A stretch of DNA of 64,000 nucleotides from Eledone cirrhosa (lineage: Eukaryota): contig OZ024741.1 in assembly GCA_964016885.1 (NCBI GenBank), positions 244,466,001 through 244,530,000 of the forward strand. The letters are read 5' to 3'. The translations under genes and the position numbers were made by a program. Under the pieces are notes generated by a model. It was not told where the DNA came from, did no database searches, and worked only from the letters and a program-made list of their open reading frames with translations. Shown here piece by piece: positions 14,401 through 30,200 of this stretch. Position 1 is the stretch's first letter. Every line of letters begins with the position of its first letter.

Positions 14401-17400
14401 TAATTACAGATCGATCCGCCCACGGGTAGCCGGCCCACGATCGAAAATGTAACTCCGCCGGCAAATCCGCATTTTTGTGATTCGTTTCTTCGAAGCACAC
14501 CATTCGCCGCCGGACTTCAGCTTCCACATTTAGCATGGGCAGCTTTTCTTGAAAATCACACCACACTCAGCAAATCTGTGTCTGCACATGTACCAGTAAT
14601 TACAGATCGATCCGCCCACGGGTGGCCGGCCCACGATCGAAAATGTAACTCCGCCGGCAAATCCGCATTTTTGTGATTCGTTTCTTCGAAGCACACCATT
14701 CGCCGCCGGACTTCAGCTTCCACATTTGGCATGTGCAGCTTTTCTTGAAAATCACACCACACACAGCCAATCTGTGTCTGCACATGTACCAGTAATTACA
14801 GATCGATCCGACCACGGGCGGTCAGCCCACGATCGAAAAGGTAACTCCGCCGGCAAATCCGCATTTTTGTGATTCGTTTCTTCGAAGCACACCATTCGCC
14901 GCCGGACTTCAGCTTCCACATTTAGCATGGGCAGCTTTTCTTGAAAATCACACCACACTCAGCAAATGTGTGTCTGCACATGTACCAGTAATTACAGATC
15001 GATCCGACCGCGGGCGGCCTGCCCACGATCGAAAAGGTAACTCCGCAGGCAAATTCGCATTTTTGTGATTCGTTTCTTCGAAGCACACCATTCGCTGGTG
15101 GACTTCAGCTTCGTCATTTAGCATGGGCAGCTTTTCTTGAAAATCACACCACACTCAGCAAATGTGTGTCTGCACATGTACCAGTAATTACAGATCGATC
15201 CGACCACGGGCGGCCTGCCCACGATCGAAGAGGTAACTCCGCAGGCAAATTCGCATTTTTGTGATTCGTTTCTTCGAAGCACACCATTCGCTGGTGGACT
15301 TCAGCTTCCTCATTTAGCATGGGCAGCTTTTCTTGAAAATCACACCACACTCAGCAAATGTGTGTCTGCACATGTACCAGTAATTACAGATCGATCGGAC
15401 CACGGGCGGCCGGCTCACGATCGAAAAGGTAACTCCGCCGGCAAATCCGCATTTTTGTGATTCGTTTCTTCGAAGCTCACCATTCGCCGCCGGACTTCAG
15501 CTTCCTCATTTAGCATGGGCAGCTTTTCTCGAAAATCACAACACACTCAGCAAATGTGTGTCTGCACATGTACCAGTAATTACAGATCGATCCGACCTGG
15601 GGCGGCCGGCCCACGATCGAAAAGGTAACTCCGGCGGCAAATTCGCATTTTTGTGATTCGTTTCTTTGAAGCACACCATTCGCTGGTGGACTTCAGCTTC
15701 CTCATTTAGCATGGGCAGCTTTTCTTGAAAATCACACCACACACAGCCAATGAGTGTCTGCACATGTACCAGTAATTACAGATCGATACGACCACGGGCG
15801 GCCTGCCCACGATCGAAAAGGTAACTCCGCAGGCAAATTCGCATTTTTGTGATTCGTTTCTTCGAAGCACACCATTCGCTGGTGGACTTCAGCTTCGTCA
15901 TTTAGCATGGGCAGCTTTTCTTGAAAATCACACCACACTCAGCAAATGTGTGTCTGCACATGTACCAGTAATTACAGATCGATCCGCCCACGGGTAGCCG
16001 GCCCACGATCGAAAATGTAACTCCGCCGGCAAATCCGCATTTTTGTGATTCGTTTCTTCGAAGCACACCATTCGCCGCCGGACTTCAGCTTCCACATTTA
16101 GCATGGGCAGCTTTTCTTGAAAATCACACCACACTCAGCAAATGTGTGTCTGCACATGTACCAGTAATTACAGATCGATCCGCCCACGGGTGGCCGGCCC
16201 ACGATCGAAAATGTAACTCCGCCGGCAAATCCGCATTTTTGTGATTCGTTTCTTCGAAGCACACCATTCGCCGCCGGACTTCAGCTTCCACATTTGGCAT
16301 GTGCAGCTTTTCTTGAAAATCACACCACACACAGCCAATCTGTGTCTGCACATGTACCAGTAATTACAGATCGATCCGACCAAGGGCGGCCGGCCCACGA
16401 TCGAAAAGGTAACTCCGCCGGCAAATCCGCATTTTTGTGATTCGTTTCTTCGAAGCACACCATTCGCCGCCGGACTTCAGCTTCCACATTTAGCATGGGC
16501 AGCTTTTCTTGAAAATCACACCACACTCAGCAAATGTGTGTCTGCACATGTACCAGTAATTACAGATCGATCCGACCGCGGGCGGCCTGCCCACGATCGA
16601 AAAGGTAACTCCGCAGGCAAATTCGCATTTTTGTGATTCGTTTCTTCGAAGCACACCATTCGCTGGTGGACTTCAGCTTCGTCATTTAGCATGGGCAGCT
16701 TTTCTTGAAAATCACACCACACTCAGCAAATGTGTGTCTGCACATGTACCAGTAATTACAGATCGATCCGACCACGGGCGGCCTGCCCACGATCGAAGAG
16801 GTAACTCCGCAGGCAAATTCGCATTTTTGTGATTCGTTTCTTCGAAGCACACCATTCGCTGGTGGACTTCAGCTTCCTCATTTAGCATGGGCAGCTTTTC
16901 TTGAAAATCACACCACACTCAGCAAATGTGTGTCTGCACATGTACCAGTAATTACAGATCGATCGGACCACGGGCGGCCGGCTCACGATCGAAAAGGTAA
17001 CTCCGCCGGCAAATCCGCATTTTTGTGATTCGTTTCTTCGAAGCTCACCATTCGCCGCCGGACTTCAGCTTCCTCATTTAGCATGGGCAGCTTTTCTCGA
17101 AAATCACAACACACTCAGCAAATGTGTGTCTGCACATGTACCAGTAATTACAGATCGATCCGACCTGGGGCGGCCGGCCCACGATCGAAAAGGTAACTCC
17201 GGCGGCAAATTCGCATTTTTGTGATTCGTTTCTTTGAAGCACACCATTCGCTGGTGGACTTCAGCTTCCTCATTTAGCATGGGCAGCTTTTCTTGAAAAT
17301 CACACCACACACAGCCAATGAGTGTCTGCACATGTACCAGTAATTACAGATCGATACGACCACGGGCGGCCTGCCTACGATCGAAAAGGTAACTCCGCAG

Positions 17401-20400
17401 GCAAATTCGCATTTTTGTGATTCGTTTCTTCGAAGCACACCATTCGCTGGTGGACTTCAGCTTCGTCATTTAGCATGGGCAGCTTTTCTTGAAAATCACA
17501 CCACACTCAGCAAATGTGTGTCTGCACATGTACCAGTAATTACAGATCGATCCGCCCACGGGTAGCCGGCCCACGATCGAAAATGTAACTCCGCCGGCAA
17601 ATCCGCATTTTTGTGATTCGTTTCTTCGAAGCTCACCATTCGCCGCCGGACTTCAGCTTCCTCATTTAGCATGGGCAGCTTTTCTCGAAAATCACAACAC
17701 ACTCAGCAAATGTGTGTCTGCACATGTACCAGTAATTACAGATCGATCCGACCTGGGGCGGCCGGCCCACGATCGAAAAGGTAACTCCGGCGGCAAATTC
17801 GCATTTTTGTGATTCGTTTCTTTGAAGCACACCATTCGCTGGTGGACTTCAGCTTCCTCATTTAGCATGGGCAGCTTTTCTTGAAAATCACACCACACAC
17901 AGCCAATGAGTGTCTGCACATGTACCAGTAATTACAGATCGATACGACCACGGGCGGCCTGCCCACGATCGAAAAGGTAACTCCGCAGGCAAATTCGCAT
18001 TTTTGTGATTCGTTTCTTCGAAGCACACCATTCGCTGGTGGACTTCAGCTTCGTCATTTAGCATGGGCAGCTTTTCTTGAAAATCACACCACACTCAGCA
18101 AATGTGTGTCTGCACATGTACCAGTAATTACAGATCGATCCGCCCACGGGTAGCCGGCCCACGATCGAAAATGTAACTCCGCCGGCAAATCCGCATTTTT
18201 GTGATTCGTTTCTTCGAAGCACACCATTCGCCGCCGGACTTCAGCTTCCACATTTAGCATGGGCAGCTTTTCTTGAAAATCACACCACACTCAGCAAATG
18301 TGTGTCTGCACATGTACCAGTAATTACAGATCGATCCGCCCACGGGTGGCCGGCCCACGATCGAAAATGTAACTCCGCCGGCAAATCCGCATTTTTGTGA
18401 TTCGTTTCTTCGAAGCACACCATTCGCCGCCGGACTTCAGCTTCCACATTTAGCATGGGCAGCTTTTCTTGAAAATCACACCACACTCAGCAAATGTGTG
18501 TCTGCACATGTACCAGTAATTACAGATCGATCCGACCACGGGCGGCCTGCCCACGATCGAAGAGGTAACTCCGCAGGCAAATTCGCATTTTTGTGATTCG
18601 TTTCTTCGAAGCACACCATTCGCTGGTGGACTTCAGCTTCCTCATTTAGCATGGGCAGCTTTTCTTGAAAATCACACCACACTCAGCAAATGTGTGTCTG
18701 CACATGTACCAGTAATTACAGATCGATCGGACCACGGGCGGCCGGCTCACGATCGAAAAGGTAACTCCGCCGGCAAATCCGCATTTTTGTGATTCGTTTC
18801 TTCGAAGCTCACCATTCGCCGCCGGACTTCAGCTTCCTCATTTAGCATGGGCAGCTTTTCTCGAAAATCACAACACACTCAGCAAATGTGTGTCTGCACA
18901 TGTACCAGTAATTACAGATCGATCCGACCTGGGGCGGCCGGCCCACGATCGAAAAGGTAACTCCGGCGGCAAATTCGCATTTTTGTGATTCGTTTCTTTG
19001 AAGCACACCATTCGCTGGTGGACTTCAGCTTCCTCATTTAGCATGGGCAGCTTTTCTTGAAAATCACACCACACACAGCCAATGAGTGTCTGCACATGTA
19101 CCAGTAATTACAGATCGATCCGCCCACGGGTAGCCGGCCCACGATCGAAAATATAACTCCGCCGGCAAATCCGCATTTTTGTGATTCGTTTCTTCGAAGC
19201 ACACCATTCGCCGCCGGACTTCAGCTTCCTCATTTAGCATGGGCAGCTTTTCTTGAAAATCACACCACACTCAGCAAATGTGTGTCTGCACATGTACCAG
19301 TAATTACAGATCGATCCGACCACGGGCGGTCAGCCCACGATCGAAAAGGTAACTCCGCCGGCAAATCCGCATTTTTGTGATTCGTTTCTTCGAAGCACAC
19401 CATTCGCCGCCGGACTTCAGCTTCCACATTTAGCATGGGCAGCTTTTCTTGAAAATCACACCACACTCAGCAAATGTGTGTCTGCACATGTACCAGTAAT
19501 TACAGATCGATCCGACCGCGGGCGGCCTGCCCACGATCGAAAAGGTAACTCCGCAGGCAAATTCGCATTTTTGTGATTCGTTTCTTCGAAGCACACCATT
19601 CGCTGGTGGACTTCAGCTTCGTCATTTAGCATGGGCAGCTTTTCTTGAAAATCACACCACACTCAGCAAATGTGTGTCTGCACATGTACCAGTAATTACA
19701 GATCGATCCGACCACGGGCGGCCTGCCCACGATCGAAGAGGTAACTCCGCAGGCAAATTCGCATTTTTGTGATTCGTTTCTTCGAAGCACACCATTCGCT
19801 GGTGGACTTCAGCTTCCTCATTTAGCATGGGCAGCTTTTCTTGAAAATCACACCACACTCAGCAAATGTGTGTGTGCACATGTACCAGTAATTACAGATC
19901 GATCGGACCACGGGCGGCCGGCTCACGATCGAAAAGGTAACTCCGCCGGCAAATCCGCATTTTTGTGATTCGTTTCTTCGAAGCTCACCATTCGCCGCCG
20001 GACTTCAGCTTCCTCATTTAGCATGGGCAGCTTTTCTCGAAAATCACAACACACTCAGCAAATGTGTGTCTGCACATGTACCAGTAATTACAGATCGATC
20101 CGACCTGGGGCGGCCGGTCCACGATCGAAAAGGTAACTCCGGCGGCAAATTCGCATTTTTGTGATTCGTTTCTTTGAAGCACACCTTTCGCTGGTGGACT
20201 TCAGCTTCCTCATTTAGCATGGGCAGCTTTTCTTGATAATCACACCACACTCAGCAAATGTGTGTCTGCACATGTACCAGTAATTACAGATCGATCCGCC
20301 CACGGGTAGCCGGCCCACGATAGAAAATGTAACTCCGCCGGCAAATCCGCATTTTTGTGATTCGTTTCTTCGAAGCACACCATTCGCCGCCGGACTTCAG

Positions 20401-23400
20401 CTTCCACATTTAGCATGGGCAGCTTTTCTTGAAAATCACACCACACTCAGCAAATGTGTGTCTGCACATGTACCAGTAATTACAGATCGATCCGACCACG
20501 GGCGGCCTGCCCACGATCGAAGAGGTAACTCCGCAGGCAAATTCGCATTTTTGTGATTCGTTTCTTCGAAGCACACCATTCGCTGGTGGACTTCAGCTTC
20601 CTCATTTAGCATGGGCAGCTTTTCTTGAAAATCACACCACACTCAGCAAATGTGTGTCTGCACATGTACCAGTAATTACAGATCGATCGGACCACGGGCG
20701 GCCGGCTCACGATCGAAAAGGTAACTCCGCCGGCAAATCCGCATTTTTGTGATTCGTTTCTTCGAAGCTCACCATTCGCCGCCGGACTTCAGCTTCCTCA
20801 TTTAGCATGGGCAGCTTTTCTCGAAAATCACAACACACTCAGCAAATGTGTGTCTGCACATGTACCAGTAATTACAGATCGATCCGACCTGGGGCGGCCG
20901 GCCCACGATCGAAAAGGTAACTCCGGCGGCAAATTCGCATTTTTGTGATTCGTTTCTTTGAAGCACACCATTCGCTGGTGGACTTCAGCTTCCTCATTTA
21001 GCATGGGCAGCTTTTCTTGAAAATCACACCACACACAGCCAATGAGTGTCTGCACATGTACCAGTAATTACAGATCGATCCGCCCACGGGTAGCCGGCCC
21101 ACGATCGAAAATATAACTCCGCCGGCAAATCCGCATTTTTGTGATTCGTTTCTTCGAAGCACACCATTCGCCGCCGGACTTCAGCTTCCTCATTTAGCAT
21201 GGGCAGCTTTTCTTGAAAATCACACCACACTCAGCAAATGTGTGTCTGCACATGTACCAGTAATTACAGATCGATCCGACCACGGGCGGTCAGCCCACGA
21301 TCGAAAAGGTAACTCCGCCGGCAAATCCGCATTTTTGTGATTCGTTTCTTCGAAGCACACCATTCGCCGCCGGACTTCAGCTTCCACATTTAGCATGGGC
21401 AGCTTTTCTTGAAAATCACACCACACTCAGCAAATCTGTGTCTGCACATGTACCAGTAATTACAGATCGATCCGACCGCGGGCGGCCTGCCCACGATCGA
21501 AAAGGTAACTCCGCAGGCAAATTCGCATTTTTGTGATTCGTTTCTTCGAAGCACACCATTCGCTGGTGGACTTCAGCTTCGTCATTTAGCATGGGCAGCT
21601 TTTCTTGAAAATCACACCACACTCAGCAAATGTGTGTCTGCACATGTACCAGTAATTACAGATCGATCCGACCACGGGCGGCCTGCCCACGATCGAAGAG
21701 GTAACTCCGCAGGCAAATTCGCATTTTTGTGATTCGTTTCTTCGAAGCACACCATTCGCTGGTGGACTTCAGCTTCCTCATTTAGCATGGGCAGCTTTTC
21801 TTGAAAATCACACCACACTCAGCAAATGTGTGTGTGCACATGTACCAGTAATTACAGATCGATCGGACCACGGGCGGCCGGCTCACGATCGAAAAGGTAA
21901 CTCCGCCGGCAAATCCGCATTTTTGTGATTCGTTTCTTCGAAGCTCACCATTCGCCGCCGGACTTCAGCTTCCTCATTTAGCATGGGCAGCTTTTCTCGA
22001 AAATCACAACACACTCAGCAAATGTGTGTCTGCACATGTACCAGTAATTACAGATCGATCCGACCTGGGGCGGCCGGTCCACGATCGAAAAGGTAACTCC
22101 GGCGGCAAATTCGCATTTTTGTGATTCGTTTCTTTGAAGCACACCTTTCGCTGGTGGACTTCAGCTTCCTCATTTAGCATGGGCAGCTTTTCTTGAAAAT
22201 CACACCACACACAGCCAATGAGTGTCTGCACATGTACCAGTAATTACAGATCGATACGACCACGGGCGGCCTGCCCACGATCGAAAAGGTAACTCCGCAG
22301 GCAAATTCGCATTTTTGTGATTCGTTTCTTCGAAGCACACCATTCGCTGGTGGACTTCAGCTTCGTCATTTAGCATGGGCAGCTTTTCTTGAAAATCACA
22401 CCACACTCAGCAAATGTGTGTCTGCACATGTACCAGTAATTACAGATCGATCCGCCCACGGGTAGCCGGCCCACGATCGAAAATGTAACTCCGCCGGCAA
22501 ATCCGCATTTTTGTGATTCGTTTCTTCGAAGCACACCATTCGCCGCCGGACTTCAGCTTCCACATTTAGCATGGGCAGCTTTTCTTGAAAATCACACCAC
22601 ACTCAGCAAATGTGTGTCTGCACATGTACCAGTAATTACAGATCGATCCGCCCACGGGTGGCCGGCCCACGATCGAAAATGTAACTCCGCCGGCAAATCC
22701 GCATTTTTGTGATTCGTTTCTTCGAAGCACACCATTCGCCGCCGGACTTCAGCTTCCACATTTGGCATGTGCAGCTTTTCTTGAAAATCACACCACACAC
22801 AGCCAATCTGTGTCTGCACATGTACCAGTAATTACAGATCGATCCGACCAAGGGCGGCCGGCCCACGATCGAAAAGGTAACTCCGCCGGCAAATCCGCAT
22901 TTTTGTGATTCGTTTCTTCGAAGCACACCATTCGCTGGTGGACTTCAGCTTCCTCATTTAGCATGGGCAGCTTTTCTTGAAAATCACACCACACTCAGCA
23001 AATGTGTGTCTGCACATGTACCAGTAATTACAGATCGATCCGACCACGGGCGGTCAGCCCACGATCGAAAAGGTAACTCCGCCGGCAAATCCGCATTTTT
23101 GTGATTCGTTTCTTCGAAGCACACCATTCGCCGCCGGACTTCAGCTTCCACATTTAGCATGGGCAGCTTTTCTTGAAAATCACACCACACTCAGCAAATG
23201 TGTGTCTGCACATGTACCAGTAATTACAGATCGATCCGACCGCGGGCGGCCTGCCCACGATCGAAAAGGTAACTCCGCAGGCAAATTCGCATTTTTGTGA
23301 TTCGTTTCTTCGAAGCACACCATTCGCTGGTGGACTTCAGCTTCGTCATTTAGCATGGGCAGCTTTTCTTGAAAATCACACCACACTCAGCAAATGTGTG

Positions 23401-26400
23401 TCTGCACATGTACCAGTAATTACAGATCGATCCGACCACGGGCGGCCTGCCCACGATCGAAGAGGTAACTCCGCAGGCAAATTCGCATTTTTGTGATTCG
23501 TTTCTTCGAAGCACACCATTCGCTGGTGGACTTCAGCTTCCTCATTTAGCATGGGCAGCTTTTCTTGAAAATCACACCACACTCAGCAAATGTGTGTCTG
23601 CACATGTACCAGTAATTACAGATCGATCCGCCCACGGGTAGCCGGCCCACGATCGAAAATGTAACTCCGCCGGCAAATCCGCATTTTTGTGATTCGTTTC
23701 TTCGAAGCTCACCATTCGCCGCCGGACTTCAGCTTCCTCATTTAGCATGGGCAGCTTTTCTCGAAAATCACAACACACTCAGCAAATGTGTGTCTGCACA
23801 TGTACCAGTAATTACAGATCGATCCGACCTGGGGCGGCCGGCCCACGATCGAAAAGGTAACTCCGGCGGCAAATTCGCATTTTTGTGATTCGTTTCTTTG
23901 AAGCACACCATTCGCTGGTGGACTTCAGCTTCCTCATTTAGCATGGGCAGCTTTTCTTGAAAATCACACCACACACAGCCAATGAGTGTCTGCACATGTA
24001 CCAGTAATTACAGATCGATACGACCACGGGCGGCCTGCCCACGATCGAAAAGGTAACTCCGCAGGCAAATTCGCATTTTTGTGATTCGTTTCTTCGAAGC
24101 ACACCATTCGCTGGTGGACTTCAGCTTCGTCATTTAGCATGGGCAGCTTTTCTTGAAAATCACACCACACTCAGCAAATGTGTGTCTGCACATGTACCAG
24201 TAATTACAGATCGATCCGCCCACGGGTAGCCGGCCCACGATCGAAAATGTAACTCCGCCGGCAAATCCGCATTTTTGTGATTCGTTTCTTCGAAGCACAC
24301 CATTCGCCGCCGGACTTCAGCTTCCACATTTAGCATGGGCAGCTTTTCTTGAAAATCACACCACACTCAGCAAATGTGTGTCTGCACATGTACCAGTAAT
24401 TACAGATCGATCCGCCCACGGGTGGCCGGCCCACGATCGAAAATGTAACTCCGCCGGCAAATCCGCATTTTTGTGATTCGTTTCTTCGAAGCACACCATT
24501 CGCCGCCGGACTTCAGCTTCCACATTTGGCATGTGCAGCTTTTCTTGAAAATCACACCACACACAGCCAATCTGTGTCTGCACATGTACCAGTAATTACA
24601 GATCGATCCGACCACGGGCGGTCAGCCCACGATCGAAAAGGTAACTCCGCCGGCAAATCCGCATTTTTGTGATTCGTTTCTTCGAAGCACACCATTCGCC
24701 GCCGGACTTCAGCTTCCACATTTAGCATGGGCAGCTTTTCTTGAAAATCACACCACACTCAGCAAATGTGTGTCTGCACATGTACCAGTAATTACAGATC
24801 GATCCGACCGCGGGCGGCCTGCCCACGATCGAAAAGGTAACTCCGCAGGCAAATTCGCATTTTTGTGATTCGTTTCTTCGAAGCACACCATTCGCTGGTG
24901 GACTTCAGCTTCGTCATTTAGCATGGGCAGCTTTTCTTGAAAATCACACCACACTCAGCAAATGTGTGTCTGCACATGTACCAGTAATTACAGATCGATC
25001 CGACCACGGGCGGCCTGCCCACGATCGAAGAGGTAACTCCGCAGGCAAATTCGCATTTTTGTGATTCGTTTCTTCGAAGCACACCATTCGCTGGTGGACT
25101 TCAGCTTCCTCATTTAGCATGGGCAGCTTTTCTTGAAAATCACACCACACTCAGCAAATGTGTGTCTGCACATGTACCAGTAATTACAGATCGATCGGAC
25201 CACGGGCGGCCGGCTCACGATCGAAAAGGTAACTCCGCCGGCAAATCCGCATTTTTGTGATTCGTTTCTTCGAAGCTCACCATTCGCCGCCGGACTTCAG
25301 CTTCCTCATTTAGCATGGGCAGCTTTTCTCGAAAATCACAACACACTCAGCAAATGTGTGTCTGCACATGTACCAGTAATTACAGATCGATCCGACCTGG
25401 GGCGGCCGGCCCACGATCGAAAAGGTAACTCCGGCGGCAAATTCGCATTTTTGTGATTCGTTTCTTTGAAGCACACCATTCGCTGGTGGACTTCAGCTTC
25501 CTCATTTAGCATGGGCAGCTTTTCTTGAAAATCACACCACACACAGCCAATGAGTGTCTGCACATGTACCAGTAATTACAGATCGATACGACCACGGGCG
25601 GCCTGCCCACGATCGAAAAGGTAACTCCGCAGGCAAATTCGCATTTTTGTGATTCGTTTCTTCGAAGCACACCATTCGCTGGTGGACTTCAGCTTCGTCA
25701 TTTAGCATGGGCAGCTTTTCTTGAAAATCACACCACACTCAGCAAATGTGTGTCTGCACATGTACCAGTAATTACAGATCGATCCGCCCACGGGTAGCCG
25801 GCCCACGATCGAAAATGTAACTCCGCCGGCAAATCCGCATTTTTGTGATTCGTTTCTTCGAAGCACACCATTCGCCGCCGGACTTCAGCTTCCACATTTA
25901 GCATGGGCAGCTTTTCTTGAAAATCACACCACACTCAGCAAATGTGTGTCTGCACATGTACCAGTAATTACAGATCGATCCGCCCACGGGTGGCCGGCCC
26001 ACGATCGAAAATGTAACTCCGCCGGCAAATCCGCATTTTTGTGATTCGTTTCTTCGAAGCACACCATTCGCCGCCGGACTTCAGCTTCCACATTTGGCAT
26101 GTGCAGCTTTTCTTGAAAATCACACCACACACAGCCAATCTGTGTCTGCACATGTACCAGTAATTACAGATCGATCCGACCAAGGGCGGCCGGCCCACGA
26201 TCGAAAAGGTAACTCCGCCGGCAAATCCGCATTTTTGTGATTCGTTTCTTCGAAGCACACCATTCGCCGCCGGACTTCAGCTTCCACATTTAGCATGGGC
26301 AGCTTTTCTTGAAAATCACACCACACTCAGCAAATGTGTGTCTGCACATGTACCAGTAATTACAGATCGATCCGACCGCGGGCGGCCTGCCCACGATCGA

Positions 26401-27295
26401 AAAGGTAACTCCGCAGGCAAATTCGCATTTTTGTGATTCGTTTCTTCGAAGCACACCATTCGCTGGTGGACTTCAGCTTCGTCATTTAGCATGGGCAGCT
26501 TTTCTTGAAAATCACACCACACTCAGCAAATGTGTGTCTGCACATGTACCAGTAATTACAGATCGATCCGACCACGGGCGGCCTGCCCACGATCGAAGAG
26601 GTAACTCCGCAGGCAAATTCGCATTTTTGTGATTCGTTTCTTCGAAGCACACCATTCGCTGGTGGACTTCAGCTTCCTCATTTAGCATGGGCAGCTTTTC
26701 TTGAAAATCACACCACACTCAGCAAATGTGTGTCTGCACATGTACCAGTAATTACAGATCGATCGGACCACGGGCGGCCGGCTCACGATCGAAAAGGTAA
26801 CTCCGCCGGCAAATCCGCATTTTTGTGATTCGTTTCTTCGAAGCTCACCATTCGCCGCCGGACTTCAGCTTCCTCATTTAGCATGGGCAGCTTTTCTCGA
26901 AAATCACAACACACTCAGCAAATGTGTGTCTGCACATGTACCAGTAATTACAGATCGATCCGACCTGGGGCGGCCGGCCCACGATCGAAAAGGTAACTCC
27001 GGCGGCAAATTCGCATTTTTGTGATTCGTTTCTTTGAAGCACACCATTCGCTGGTGGACTTCAGCTTCCTCATTTAGCATGGGCAGCTTTTCTTGAAAAT
27101 CACACCACACACAGCCAATGAGTGTCTGCACATGTACCAGTAATTACAGATCGATACGACCACGGGCGGCCTGCCCACGATCGAAAAGGTAACTCCGCAG
27201 GCAAATTCGCATTTTTGTGATTCGTTTCTTCGAAGCACACCATTCGCTGGTGGACTTCAGCTTCGTCATTTAGCATGGGCAGCTTTTCTTGAAAA
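8480..27295. repeat. ~10 kb internal duplication (8480-17495 vs 18476-27295)
   Basis: Rare markers recur at offsets of 9996 or 9800 bp. TGTGTGTGTGCAC monomers: 9852/19848 and 11812/21808. GGTCCAC+CACCTTTCG monomers: 10048/20044 and 12008/22004. Hybrid monomers: 13576/23572, 14752/24552 and 16320/26120. Confidence 0.85.
14164..17299. repeat. Two 8-monomer HOR units (1568 bp); duplicated at 23964-27099
   Basis: The GATACGAC-type monomer lies at 14164, 15732 and 17300, and at 23964, 25532 and 27100 (spacing 1568). Each unit contains a fused ACAGCCAATCTG-head monomer where the 9-mer has two monomers. Confidence 0.85.
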
Positions 27296-30200
27296 TCACA
27301 CCACACTCAGCAAATGTGTGTCTGCACATGTACCAGTAATTACAGATCGATCCGCCCACGGGTAGCCGGCCCACGATCGAAAATGTAACTCCGCCGGCAA
27401 ATCCGCATTTTTGTGATTCGTTTCTTCGAAGCACACCATTCGCCGCCGGACTTCAGCTTCCACATTTAGCATGGGCAGCTTTTCTTGAAAATCACACCAC
27501 ACTCAGCAAATGTGTGTCTGCACATGTACCAGTAATTACAGATCGATCCGCCCACGGGTGGCCGGCCCACGATCGAAAATGTAACTCCGCCGGCAAATCC
27601 GCATTTTTGTGATTCGTTTCTTCGAAGCACACCATTCGCCGCCGGACTTCAGCTTCCACATTTGGCATGTGCAGCTTTTCTTGAAAATCACACCACACAC
27701 AGCCAATCTGTGTCTGCACATGTACCAGTAATTACAGATCGATCCGACCAAGGGCGGCCGGCCCACGATCGAAAAGGTAACTCCGCCGGCAAATCCGCAT
27801 TTTTGTGATTCGTTTCTTCGAAGCACACCATTCGCTGGTGGACTTCAGCTTCCTCATTTAGCATGGGCAGCTTTTCTTGAAAATCACACCACACTCAGCA
27901 AATGTGTGTCTGCACATGTACCAGTAATTACAGATCGATCCGACCACGGGCGGTCAGCCCACGATCGAAAAGGTAACTCCGCCGGCAAATCCGCATTTTT
28001 GTGATTCGTTTCTTCGAAGCACACCATTCGCCGCCGGACTTCAGCTTCCACATTTAGCATGGGCAGCTTTTCTTGAAAATCACACCACACTCAGCAAATG
28101 TGTGTCTGCACATGTACCAGTAATTACAGATCGATCCGACCGCGGGCGGCCTGCCCACGATCGAAAAGGTAACTCCGCAGGCAAATTCGCATTTTTGTGA
28201 TTCGTTTCTTCGAAGCACACCATTCGCTGGTGGACTTCAGCTTCGTCATTTAGCATGGGCAGCTTTTCTTGAAAATCACACCACACTCAGCAAATGTGTG
28301 TCTGCACATGTACCAGTAATTACAGATCGATCCGACCACGGGCGGCCTGCCCACGATCGAAGAGGTAACTCCGCAGGCAAATTCGCATTTTTGTGATTCG
28401 TTTCTTCGAAGCACACCATTCGCTGGTGGACTTCAGCTTCCTCATTTAGCATGGGCAGCTTTTCTTGAAAATCACACCACACTCAGCAAATGTGTGTCTG
28501 CACATGTACCAGTAATTACAGATCGATCGGACCACGGGCGGCCGGCTCACGATCGAAAAGGTAACTCCGCCGGCAAATCCGCATTTTTGTGATTCGTTTC
28601 TTCGAAGCTCACCATTCGCCGCCGGACTTCAGCTTCCTCATTTAGCATGGGCAGCTTTTCTCGAAAATCACAACACACTCAGCAAATGTGTGTCTGCACA
28701 TGTACCAGTAATTACAGATCGATCCGACCTGGGGCGGCCGGCCCACGATCGAAAAGGTAACTCCGGCGGCAAATTCGCATTTTTGTGATTCGTTTCTTTG
28801 AAGCACACCATTCGCTGGTGGACTTCAGCTTCGTCATTTAGCATGGGCAGCTTTTCTTGAAAATCACACCACACACAGCCAATGAGTGTCTGCACATGTA
28901 CCAGTAATTACAGATCGATACGACCACGGGCGGCCTGCCCACGATCGAAAAGGTAACTCCGCAGGCAAATTCGCATTTTTGTGATTCGTTTCTTCGAAGC
29001 ACACCATTCGCTGGTGGACTTCAGCTTCGTCATTTAGCATGGGCAGCTTTTCTTGAAAATCACACCACACTCAGCAAATGTGTGTCTGCACATGTACCAG
29101 TAATTACAGATCGATCCGCCCACGGGTAGCCGGCCCACGATCGAAAATGTAACTCCGCCGGCAAATCCGCATTTTTGTGATTCGTTTCTTCGAAGCACAC
29201 CATTCGCCGCCGGACTTCAGCTTCCACATTTAGCATGGGCAGCTTTTCTTGAAAATCACACCACACTCAGCAAATGTGTGTCTGCACATGTACCAGTAAT
29301 TACAGATCGATCCGCCCACGGGTGGCCGGCCCACGATCGAAAATGTAACTCCGCCGGCAAATCCGCATTTTTGTGATTCGTTTCTTCGAAGCACACCATT
29401 CGCCGCCGGACTTCAGCTTCCACATTTGGCATGTGCAGCTTTTCTTGAAAATCACACCACACACAGCCAATCTGTGTCTGCACATGTACCAGTAATTACA
29501 GATCGATCCGACCAAGGGCGGCCGGCCCACGATCGAAAAGGTAACTCCGCCGGCAAATCCGCATTTTTGTGATTCGTTTCTTCGAAGCACACCATTCGCT
29601 GGTGGACTTCAGCTTCCTCATTTAGCATGGGCAGCTTTTCTTGAAAATCACACCACACTCAGCAAATGTGTGTCTGCACATGTACCAGTAATTACAGATC
29701 GATCCGACCACGGGCGGTCAGCCCACGATCGAAAAGGTAACTCCGCCGGCAAATCCGCATTTTTGTGATTCGTTTCTTCGAAGCACACCATTCGCCGCCG
29801 GACTTCAGCTTCCACATTTAGCATGGGCAGCTTTTCTTGAAAATCACACCACACTCAGCAAATGTGTGTCTGCACATGTACCAGTAATTACAGATCGATC
29901 CGACCTGGGGCGGCCGGCCCACGATCGAAAAGGTAACTCCGGCGGCAAATTCGCATTTTTGTGATTCGTTTCTTTGAAGCACACCATTCGCTGGTGGACT
30001 TCAGCTTCCTCATTTAGCATGGGCAGCTTTTCTTGAAAATCACACCACACACAGCCAATGAGTGTCTGCACATGTACCAGTAATTACAGATCGATACGAC
30101 CACGGGCGGCCTGCCCACGATCGAAAAGGTAACTCCGCAGGCAAATTCGCATTTTTGTGATTCGTTTCTTCGAAGCACACCATTCGCTGGTGGACTTCAG

